Source: Tubulanus polymorphus (taxonomy: Eukaryota > Animalia > Nemertea). From it: DNA of 64,000 nt. The notes below the pieces were generated by a model. That model did not search any database and was not told the DNA's origin. It worked only from the letters and a program-made list of their open reading frames with translations. Below are positions 54,284 through 64,000 of this stretch, in pieces. The stretch lies in the NCBI RefSeq assembly GCF_964204645.1, contig NC_134025.1:27260299-27324298 (forward strand). The letters are read 5' to 3'. The first letter of the stretch is position 1. Each line of letters begins with the position of its first letter. The translations under genes and the position numbers were made by a program.

Positions 54284-56576
54284 AGTTAACCAGGCTCAAA
54301 CCCCGCAATGTACTTTCTTTTCTTATCAATGAAGAACAGTTTAGGTACTTTCGAAATTTGGAACTTTCCCTGAGCATTTAGGATTTCCATAACTTTCTAA
54401 ACATATATCCGCTATTTTCTCCTATAAGGAGAAGGTTTTTCAACCAGGGTTTGTGGGTGATTCTATGAAATTAAGATTAACTTCTGAACTGTTAACCTAT
54501 ATAGTATTAACATACCTCTAATCATATATATGGCTTAACTACTGCTATGAACCATCATCATGTGTGCCTTTCAGTCAGCGTTAACTAAAACATCAAATGC
54601 AGTATTGCTCACTGAATTGTCACCATGAAATGTAACATTTTTATACATTTTATAAAAATGTTTAATATACATCTAATCTGAGTATTTTCTGTCACAAAGA
54701 CGATAAAGGAAAGAAAAATCATAAAGATGTGGTTGCAGAAATGAAATTTCCATGACAGTATTTTTGTTTCATACTTTTTCCCGATAATTGGTTGGTTTCT
54801 TTGGAAAAAAAAACTAAATTCAGCTATAACATTTCTGCAGTCAAACATTCGTTTTGACCACCAGGTGCTACGTGTAAAAAAAAACAACCAATCGCTGCTC
54901 GTGTTTTACGTTATGTGCTCAAACGATAAGCAATGATATTTTGTAGAAAGTTTAACGGTGTATGAGATGAGGATCTAATTTTGTACATGTAAATGTTTTC
55001 CACGCTGCATCAACCACCATATATTGTAACATCACCCAAAACTGTTTTATACAACGCAACGATATTTCACGCGTACCATTATGTACAAAATACATACTTG
55101 GAAAATGTCCGTTTTATGCTTAGAATTTTACAGAATGTTTTAGTAGGTAAAAGAATGGCGGTTTTGAACAACTCGGAAGAAGCAATAAGAACTGCATATT
55201 AATCAGATTATTCTTAAATTTGATATGAGAACATTTTATACGCTATGAGTAGGCACTCGCTAGGTAACTAGCTTTAGAGATAAAATGTTTCACCCAACAA
55301 GAATTTAATTAAAATCATTTGCAAAATAGAGAATATTAGATTTTAATATTGGCTGATAACTATTAGTCCAAATTCTATTCAAATTTGTTTTTAATCTGTG
55401 ATTTAAGTAACTGATATGAAGAGAATGAATTCACTGAATGTTTTTTCAGTACTTACCACTAATCAGGTAATGAAAGGGTACTGAAGATATGCTAAGTAAT
55501 CATGACAATCATTTCTGTAAATGTCGTAAGTTTTTTTAGAAATTCGTGAATTTGATGATGACTATGGGTTTACCAGTATGAGGTAATGTAATATAGAATT
55601 GATACATAGTGTATTTATATCGTATGAAGTATAGGGTGTTATGGGATTGAAGTTTTCTACTTGTAACTGACATTAGTCTTACCCCAAGGCATTTCTGGCC
55701 TTCAGCTTCATCCTAATGATATTGTTCTAGAATATATGGACAAAGTACCTGAAAGTTTCTATGTTGCTGAAAATACTTTCGCAAAATTGTCAATAACAAC
55801 AAATGGTAAATGATAATACATTATTATCAATGGTGTCTATGAAAATGCGCACGCATCTGTGCTAATTTATTGTGTATAGTCTTAACTGATTTTTTGCTGT
55901 AATTTCAAATCTTCCTTAAAAAAAGAGATTTCAAATCACAGTGAAACAAAATTTAAATAAGAATTTAGTGTATAGCATGTTCAATAATAATAATGTTGAT
56001 AAATGTTTAGAGATTGTGTATTCACTGTATCTATTACAATTAAATAGTGGCAATCAATTTCGTTCATGCCATAGATAAAACAAGGTTGATTGTATCTCTC
56101 TTTCTTGGATAGTAGTGACGAATTTATGTAATTTTTGATGAAGAATTTTCTTAAATTATTAGTTAATCATGAATGATATATAATTTTGTAAAAATCGCCG
56201 AGTAGCCCGTCTACTTGTGCAATGGTGCTGTCAATTTACTTTTAATCATTATGACTGGTGGTTGTTTGGTTCAATCATTGACAGAGCACCAGTCTTAATG
56301 TGACCCTGAAGCATTACAGTTCATCAGTGTGAAATGGTATACCACTCACTTCCAGAAACTAAATGACAAATCATACAATTTATGGCTTATTTGTTCCTTT
56401 GAACCGAAGTATTTTTTCGACATGTAGCGAATGCATATATGTTCAGAAAATATCTAATAACATCTATTTAATCATGCTTAATCAGAGGTCATGAGTAAAA
56501 ATTATAAAGTTGCAATATTTAATTACGATATGTTAATTTGTACAGTTGTAAAAAAAGTCTGGTAGTATAGTATATA

Positions 56577-56582
56577 AATAAA
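56577..56582 (+). terminator. candidate polyadenylation signal for KIF26 (3' UTR about 2.3 kb)
   Basis: AATAAA at the end of an AU-rich tract; other A(A/T)TAAA hexamers lie nearby, so the site used is uncertain. Confidence 0.3.
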
Positions 56583-56759
56583 TATATTATACATATTAAT
56601 TAATGAAAGCAACAATCTGTATTGATGAATACAAAATAAACAACACAAGAAAAATAATAAAGAAATGTTTTATCTTTAGTTAATTGCCGATTTGTGCAGC
56701 TTTGTCTGAAATTCTGTACCCCGTGATGATATCCCAGCCTGTTTTCTGAAAATGGCCAA

Positions 56760-57032
56760 GGCAGAACTCGCTTAATACAGATCACCTGGGACTGGAAAAT
56801 TTTGTCGGAATTAAACGAAATTCGAATTAGGTGCTCTCATTTGAATAAAAATAACCTAGAGGGGACTGGAATTTGTCTGAAATAAGGGAATGTCCAAAAA
56901 TTACGTACCTCTAATTGGGGGAGGAGGGTTACTGAATTTTGGTACAAAGTGGTACATAGGGGGAGGGGGTCAGCAAAAAAGGAATGTACTTTGAGGGAGG
57001 GGTGTATTAATCAATTTTGGTACGTACTTAAT
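56760..57032. mobile_element. adjacent MITE fragments between the convergent genes
   Basis: GAACTCGCTTAATACAGATCACCTGGG resembles the element at 58303; followed by AATTACGTACC...GGTACGTACTT inverted ends enclosing GGGGGAGG tracts (~56899-57029). Confidence 0.5.
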
Positions 57033-58029
57033 GCACCAAACTCAAATGAAAATAGCCGATTGATTCATTGAAAGAAGTCAATCTTCCTTGATAAAGCTAT
57101 CAAAACAGTAGAAAAAACAAAATGGATGCTTAGATTATAATATAAAATAATTTTCTTATTCACAAATTTTCAAGGTACATGTATGATGCAATATTTGCTA
57201 CATTATTTTGCTGTCTTTAGCATTCCCACTGTAGTAAACCGGAAAAAATGATCAAATGGTGAATTCATGTAGTAGGAATATTTCAACAATATTCATTTCT
57301 TAGTGCCTTTTAGCCTGCAACAAATGAAATCATCAATGTTTGGAAAATGCCTACAATCTCTGCCACATAATGTATAACTACCTAGTCCACTTATTAATCA
57401 ATTTCTAACACATTACTAATCTAAAGAACATTAAGTCAAGATTTCAGCAGTTTCTAGTTGAGGTAGACAAATATTTTGTCCTCATCACAAAATATGTTAA
57501 ATATAATAGCCCCGATAGTCGGCATGAATGTATACAACTAACCTACGGACAGGGCAGTTCAAATATTACAACTTTACACACCTAGTTGATTATATCATTG
57601 ATTATTAGTAGTAGTTTAGATCGAACTAATTCATTCATAACTCACTAAAAGATAGGAAAACCACATATACAAACATATCTTTCTTTCACTCATCTATTTC
57701 TATTCTTTGATAGACATCAAACTCGAAGCTAACACATGTAACAGTCTACAGCAATCATTTCTATTCGATATGCATCAAAAATTCTTAAAGCCGTATATCA
57801 AATACACAAATATTCATTGTTCTCTTTCTTCTATCTTCTGCACATCATCTAGAGGATGAATAGAATTTTAAAAATTGCCCTAATGCATACAACATAGGTA
57901 ATAAATGGAAGATAACAGAATAGTAGATCAGTCACAATGAGTTACAGTTCATCGAACATATAGAAAGCAGTTAATAATAGTCTAATAGCGAATTTTACAC
58001 AGTCTTTTTTTAGAAACTTCACGCGTGTG

Positions 58030-60972
58030 TCATGAATCGTAATCGTCGTCTTTGTCCGCAGGTTTTACAACCATTGGTGGCATGCCGGGATATATTCCCG
58101 GTAGAGGGGGAGGTGGGGGATACGGATATGGCATCTGTAGAGGTGACGACGATGGCGGCATCATCGGATGTGTCGGTATCATCGGCATCGCGGGGAAAGG
58201 AAGACGCATACCATAACCAGGCACACTGCTGAAATAAACGACAACTTTATTAGAAGCCTAACAACAAATTAACCAATGATTAATGCAGTAGAGCAGTAAA
58301 GTCAGTAGAACCCGCTCAATTCAGATCATTTGGGGCCAACGAAATTAATCCGTTTTTTTTGTGTAGTTTAGGTATGATATAAGTATGATCCAAATTAAGT
58401 AGGTTTGACAGAGCGACCAATTCATCCGTACTCGGTACCGATAATCAATGCACTGCTCAATCAAGTCTTTAATGAATATTTTCCAGAAGACTTGCAATTT
58501 TCAACAAGTAAAACAATTCAATGTAAACTGAGTAAGGCTCATTACAATCTATAGTGAATACAACAATAAATGCTTACCTGGTTATCGAATCAGGAGACAT
58601 AAAGTGATGATACATAGAAGGGGTAAAAGGAAGAGAAGGATGAACAACGGGAGGAAATAAACGATGATGTAAATCGTTTTTATCGTCGTGCAGATTTTGA
58701 TGATGAGACAAGTTTGAAATTGGATTTCGATTTTCGGTATCGTTCGTCGAATCACAGTCAGTAGTTTTTGGCAGCGAATCCGGTGTATGTGAAACGTGAG
58801 ATTCATTATTTTCGCTGGAATCTGCGTTTATAGCAGCAGCAGCGGTAGTGGCAGCAGCGGCAGCGTGATGCTCTATCGTCTCATCAGCATCATCCGTTTC
58901 ATTGTCATCTTCATCGTCTTCTGTATCTTTTTCCTATCAAACGTAGAAAGAGAACGTACTGATAACCGAGTAAGCCCAATCACAATTTGAAATAACACGC
59001 ATGATATCGATTAAGTGAACACAAACAGTTATAGAAACCTCCAAAGTAGTAAACAATACTGTAAGTTAACCTAAGTATTGAAAATATGTTCTAATTAACA
59101 ATAAGAAACCCATTTGTTTGGCAAATGTTATTGTGCTTAGATTCTTTTTAGACTATTGTTTTTCTTACATGATTCAGTTTATCATAGAATTTAACACAAA
59201 CCTGCGCATGACAATCATCCATGCCATCAGTCTGTTTGTCCTTTTTACTATTTTTTGATTTTCGCGGTTTATCCTTCGCAGCGAGGTCACCTCTGCTTTT
59301 TCTTGGTCTGGAAATAATCAAAATCTTTGAGTAAAAAAAAATGATTCAAACAGTGTTAAACCGGGGAAGTTGAAGTCTACACCGACCGTCCTCGAGGTCT
59401 GTGAACTGCTGTCTCCACGACAAGTGGATCTTCATCTTCTTCGTTTTGAGTATCGGGAACGGCCGCCACTAAATCTTTTAAGAAGTCAAATTTACTTTCC
59501 GCCATAATCACTTGTTTCCTGTTACAATAGAAATCAAATCATTTAAACTATAAGAATTTCGATATTTTCATTGACAGACGCTGACACTAGTAGGAATAAT
59601 GGGGTACCAGCACATCAGCTATCTCGTCAGATGGCGCCACTAAATTATCAGACGTACTCAATCAAAATAAGGAACTCTGTGAATTAACTTGAATCTCAAT
59701 TTTTTATCTTCCAATCCAAAAATAAGGCAAATCACTCATCTAGATAAACATAAACTCAAGATAAATCTCTAGAGTTCATATGTGGCACAATTATTATACA
59801 TCAAAGAATACAAACACATGTGAAGGAGTAAGAGTCTTCGCACTTCGTCCTTGAGTGATAGTATACGCTCTAGTAACCAATGTCTCGATGAATAATTCCA
59901 GAGTTTTCGCTAACCAGTTCTCAAGGAAAAACATGCAAAAATGATTTCCATCTTCTTAGCAGAACAATACATTCGCCTTTAATGATTTTAACTTTCACGT
60001 TATTAAATATAGAAACAATTTGCGGTATTTTTAAAAGGATACAGATAATGACAGGAACGGCTGCAGCAACTTTTCCAACATCTTCATCTGTTTGCATAAT
60101 CTTCTTAATACGAGCCTGTTATGAAAATGGGAATAGTCTGATGAGAAAGAAGAAACCGAGTGGTTTATTTCTGGGTGAGGGGTGCGTCAGTCAAGAGAGT
60201 TGGTCCTCCTTACTACCGAGATGACGTTATTTACCGAGATGACATGAAATATACCATAATTATTTATCCCTTATTGCTTTTAACACTTGAAATCATGTTA
60301 TAAATGCCTTCTAGAGTCATATTTTACATATTTTTCCAGATATTTTGTAAAAAAAGTCTTAACTTCAAATACTTCTTCTCGGTTAGCAATAAAATTTTAT
60401 TGAATTTGATTGATCGACGATCTCATCTCGGTAAAGTCAAAAGTTATTTTTCTACAAAAATATCCTTTATATATAAAGGTATTTATTACTGATATAATAT
60501 GATTTCAAGTGTTAAAATCGATAAGGAATAGATAAATATGTTATATTTCATGTCATCTCGGTTGATGTTGGTTGATCTCGGTAAATTACAACATCTCGGT
60601 AATAAGAAAAGTACCGAAAAGAGAGTAGTCAGTAGAGACAGCAATGACACCTACATTTAATGACACACCTACATCTAAAGACACCTACATGAGGCGTATT
60701 ACAGCAACTGTCTTATAACAGTCAAAATTCGGACTAGGGCCTATTTCCATTTTACACTAGCCTACCGAGTTGGGCACGGTACGGGTGTAAGGCCTACTTA
60801 TTTTTATTATGAGGTTGTAGACGGTAGTTCCTCTCCGGGGGAGGAGTGTCAGTCCACAACGATAAATAGAAAATATCTCGCCGAGTTTAATTAACAATTA
60901 ACCATCAATCAAAGGTTTTATCGCACTTACTGGCGGGAACCTAGCGTTAAATTTCTTCTTTTTACTGGGCAT
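58030..60972 (-). CDS. DRAP1: Dr1-associated corepressor / NC2-alpha (H2A-like histone fold), ~333 aa; complement(join(58030..58228,58578..58933,59202..59307,59387..59518,59816..59909,60043..60115,60931..60972))
   Basis: Spliced translation [92 protein letters not shown] closely matches the animal DRAP1 N-terminus; ends DDDYDS* like human DEEDYDS*; all exon phases are consistent. Confidence 0.95.
58303..58411. mobile_element. degenerate CAGT-terminal MITE in DRAP1 intron 6
   Basis: CAGTAGAACCCGCTCAATTCAGATCAT versus reverse complement of the right end CTGTCAAACCTACTTAATTTGGATCAT (19/27 identical). Confidence 0.5.
59910..60042 (-). other. DRAP1: U12-type (minor spliceosome) GT-AG intron, DRAP1 intron 2
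   Basis: 5' splice site GTATCCTTTT; branch-like TTCCTTGAG (59928-59920) ending about 10 nt before the 3' end; no polypyrimidine tract. Confidence 0.9.
60202..60615. mobile_element. ~410 bp foldback/MITE with ~100 bp imperfect TIRs in DRAP1 intron 1
   Basis: Left ...TACCGAGATGACATGAAATATA...TTTTAACACTTGAAATCAT is the reverse complement of the right ATGATTTCAAGTGTTAAAA...TATATTTCATGTCATCTCGGT; repeated ACCGAGAT motifs; AAGAGAGT on both flanks. Confidence 0.85.
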
Positions 60973-61032
60973 CGCGTCAAAATATTTTCGTATCTTTTTA
61001 CTACACCGGAAATATGTATTGAGTACAGCTAG

Positions 61033-61044
61033 TGCGCGTGCGCA
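61033..61044 (-). promoter_or_regulatory. NRF1/EWG-type site in the DRAP1 proximal promoter
   Basis: TGCGCACGCGCA (minus strand) fits YGCGCAYGCGCR, ~60 nt upstream of the ATG; an ETS-like CCGGAAAT lies at ~61006-61013. Confidence 0.5.
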
Positions 61045-61499
61045 ATATGAATTTCCTCGCTTGCCACAGTTTATCTCTAAATGCCAAATAAAGTGTTGAA
61101 TTTAATTTGCGTGATTTTTTCCGTCACACTGGCCGAACAAGCCTAGCCAAAAACCTCGACTGCACTCGCTTTCCAAAGTTGGAATTCATCAAGGCAGGGG
61201 CGGATCCTAGTCTGAATACCAGTTGTTGTTACGGGTTCCCTATACAATATTGTTTGCGGGGAAATAGTAATTCCTGGGGGGTTTGTAGGCTGTGCCCAGC
61301 CCACCTGGGTGCAATGACGTTACTTAAAATTCTGCCGATCACAAAGGCTGAAACAAAGCATAACGAACGAACCATGATTTTTTCGCTCGGTTGAACAGCG
61401 CTTAATAGTCCAATACACACAACGATGGATTAACTGGATCCATGCGTCTAAGGCACTTTTCTATCGCCATCTTAAATCTAGAATTGCCTTACGAACTGT

Positions 61500-62037
61500 T
61501 GGTTTATCCGAAACAGATAAGATCCACTAATTGCTCGATTGAGATGCTCTAGTCATGACCTGCGTGTGGGAGATGACCGGAGATGGGAGATGACCGCACC
61601 CCCTATACCCCGCCATCAACGCATATGTGAATTTTGTATAACCTCAATGAGATAGAGAACGAAGTCCATGTTATTTTATATTGCCCTCAGTACAGTAATG
61701 CGCTTGCCGTACACATCCCAAGAAATGTTATTATTCGTCTAAACACATATAAAGTTGCCAAATTTATGAGAAACCCCCTCGATAGTATCTATTCATCAAA
61801 ATTTCTGAACAAAGTAAAAGATATTAAATCACTTCATTAATCTAGTTTATCAAATAAGATCATAATATGTAAATCACTTTTACTGATTTTGCAGTTGTCT
61901 GTATGTGTAAATGTCCTTACTAACTGTATCCGTTTATATTTGTAGAATCTGGGTCATAATACCTCCGCCCAAGATACCTCCACCCAAATATGTCATACGA
62001 GAATATTTTCTGACAATAAGCATATTATCATTATTAG
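61500..62037 (+). mobile_element. 5'-truncated non-LTR retrotransposon (LINE) remnant: ORF2 C-terminal CCHC zinc knuckle and 3' tail
   Basis: IARLRCSSHDLRV...PRHQRICEFC [frameshift] NLNEIENEVHVILYCPQY, typical of LINE ORF2 C-termini; stop at 61840; (TTA/TCA)n-like tail near 62022-62036. Confidence 0.75.
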
Positions 62038-62236
62038 ATATTTATGACACTGCCCGTTTACGTGGGCGATATAATGTTATAAATGGATGAATTAGAACAA
62101 AGAACAAAAAAACTAGTGTGCCACATCAAATTATTATTTCAAATGACGATTTTTCTTACACGGATTTCGAAGTTTCTCATAGCAGGTGCGCGTTTCACCT
62201 TTGAAGTGTACATTAACAAAAAAATCTAGTTACACA

Positions 62237-63235
62237 TCAAATTGGTTTTACTGCCGGAAATATATGCGGTTTTGTTCGTATCCACATAATGTCGTAAGGC
62301 CATTTCTTGTGATCTCCCGCAAGCGCATGTCCATCGGCATGCGCGGAATATCCCCGGCTTTCTAGAAAGTCTTTCACTCGTAGCCCACCGGCGCTATCTT
62401 TTATATACTCCCATTCCATGAATACGTATGGGATGTCAATTTGAGAGAAGAATTTCGATGAATGCGATAATGCTTGCGGTTCTGATGATTCCACGTCGAT
62501 TTTCATAACTGCCCGGTTAAAATTTATAACTTCGAGTAAATCGTCCATGTACACCGATTTCACGGCCAAATCGTCCGTTTTTACTGCTTTATAAACATGA
62601 GCACCGCCTACGTTGTTATCAGCTGGCAATTTAACTTTCATGTAATCGTAATTATCCGATATAGCATTCACGACGATTGTCGCCATATTTTCATATTCGC
62701 CCATTTTAACGGAACGTCTGATGTGTTTTGCATTTTCGGGATTTGCGTCAACGGCTAACATTCGACGATTGTACCTCAGAGCTATGATACTGTAAACGCC
62801 TAAATTAGCGCCAACGTCGATAAAATTCAAATTGCGGTCGTTTTCTAAAACCTGTTCTAACTTCGATGTGAGATGGGGTTCCCACGAGCCAGTATTCTTC
62901 AACGATGCGGATATGAATCGATCTTTCTGTGTCGGATAGATACATATATGGGCGTAGCCCTTTTTCGTTCTCAAGTGAACGCACTCGTATTTCGCTTCTT
63001 CTGGGCTCGTCTCAAACACATCTAGAACCGACACGGTCAAATTCGAACTGCGAACGCGCGGATTCAAAACGTTTACGACATTTGATGAATTGTTTGATAG
63101 CTGCGGCAGTGGGTGTCGGCCGAGTGACACGATCTTTCTACTGGACGGATGCATCAACGTTACCAATATCACGACAGCAAAAAATATCAGACAAATAATG
63201 ACGAACAATTTCTTTCCTGATGATAATTGATACAT
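62237..63235 (-). CDS. FkbM-family (Methyltransf_21) SAM-dependent methyltransferase, type II membrane protein, 332 aa, single coding exon
   Basis: Motifs DRFISASL...GSWE, FIDVGANLGVYS, AVDANPEN, VNAISD, NVGG, VMKIDVESSEPQAL, FMEW. Likely start MYQLSSGKK followed by a hydrophobic LFVIICLIFFAVVILVTLM anchor; CTTCCAG| acceptor 18 nt upstream of the ATG; possible 5' UTR exon donor GTGAGT at 63642. Confidence 0.88.
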   Translation of the reverse strand: MYQLSSGKKLFVIICLIFFAVVILVTLMHPSSRKIVSLGRHPLPQLSNNSSNVVNVLNPRVRSSNLTVSVLDVFETSPEEAKYECVHLRTKKGYAHICIYPTQKDRFISASLKNTGSWEPHLTSKLEQVLENDRNLNFIDVGANLGVYSIIALRYNRRMLAVDANPENAKHIRRSVKMGEYENMATIVVNAISDNYDYMKVKLPADNNVGGAHVYKAVKTDDLAVKSVYMDDLLEVINFNRAVMKIDVESSEPQALSHSSKFFSQIDIPYVFMEWEYIKDSAGGLRVKDFLESRGYSAHADGHALAGDHKKWPYDIMWIRTKPHIFPAVKPI

Positions 63236-64000
63236 GTTTCCTTTAGTTAGAACCTGGAAGATGAATGAATATAGGAAATATATGAATAATTTATACGTAC
63301 GAGATAAATCCCACAATAAATCAGCCGAAGATGAAAGTTCAGTAGGTAGACGAGCAGGGCACCTCCCTGATTTGAGCAACGTTTCGGCTAAATACTATTA
63401 TTAGAACATCATCATGGTACTGATGTGAATACCATTGAAAAACTAAAGAAAATTAATTACCGTTGGTTAGAAAAGATCCCGCTTCGATGTTTTTTTACCG
63501 ACATTCAGCAATAATTTTATTCTACGGAAGTTTAGTTAACATTACGGGGAACATTGGAGTGAGCCTACCTGATACGATATGCGAGCGAGAAAATGTGCTA
63601 TGTCAATATATCGGATTGTGAAAACTGAAGGGCCGTACTCACACGTATGCTGTGCAAACTAAACTATTGTTTCGCCGTTGGTGTCCAATGAGAGCCGCAG
63701 ACGATAGCGATGTAATTTTCGATCACATACATCGATTTACGTATGATATACGCGCAGATGGGATGTGCTGTAACGAAGAGATCAGGCAATAAGCAGAAAA
63801 AAATGTTGAAAAAAGCGTTAAAGGTCGACATATATTCGACTATATATAGTCGATTTTATTCGGCAGGAACATATCATCGTCTGCTAAATATTCATATCGT
63901 CTATTTCAATATGTTGTTCATATTCAAATCACCTGCTGTGGCGAATTCTTTAAAAAATCACATTTGACTGTGACGTGTGTTTAGCAACAAGGGTGGTTAA

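Noticed and set aside
63236-63379. N-terminal 48 aa extension of the 380 aa methyltransferase ORF
   Set aside because: Begins at a non-ATG codon and crosses a pyrimidine-rich acceptor (CTTCCAG, exon starting 63253); most likely intron plus 5' UTR.

Overview
This window is eukaryotic DNA from a bilaterian invertebrate (AT-rich, spliceosomal introns, microsatellites, MITEs), so most short ORFs in the supplied track are noise. Three genes could be reconstructed by hand. (1) A ~40-47 kb plus-strand kinesin-11 gene (KIF26A/B, VAB-8-like): 13 phase-consistent exons from 17892 to the stop at 54283, ~1875 aa with the nearest candidate first exon, a degenerate motor (GHAKLGKT P-loop, KYSH switch I, DLGSC switch II), a 3.4 kb disordered-tail exon and several candidate alternative first exons. 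(2) A convergent minus-strand DRAP1/NC2-alpha gene (7 exons, 60972..58030, ~333 aa) with a U12 minor-spliceosome intron, an intron-split AT-hook, a NAGNAG acceptor and a foldback MITE in intron 1. (3) A minus-strand, single-coding-exon, type II membrane FkbM-family SAM methyltransferase (63235..62237), a candidate Golgi glycan O-methyltransferase. Also present are a LINE 3' remnant, small TIR elements, a consensus CTCF site and a pre-miRNA-like hairpin. I found no prokaryote-type system (CRISPR, operon, defence island) and cannot claim a clearly new system. The best leads are the methyltransferase, the AT-hook in DRAP1, the KIF26 tail motifs and multi-promoter structure, and the hairpin. All exon coordinates were read manually and need RNA-seq confirmation.
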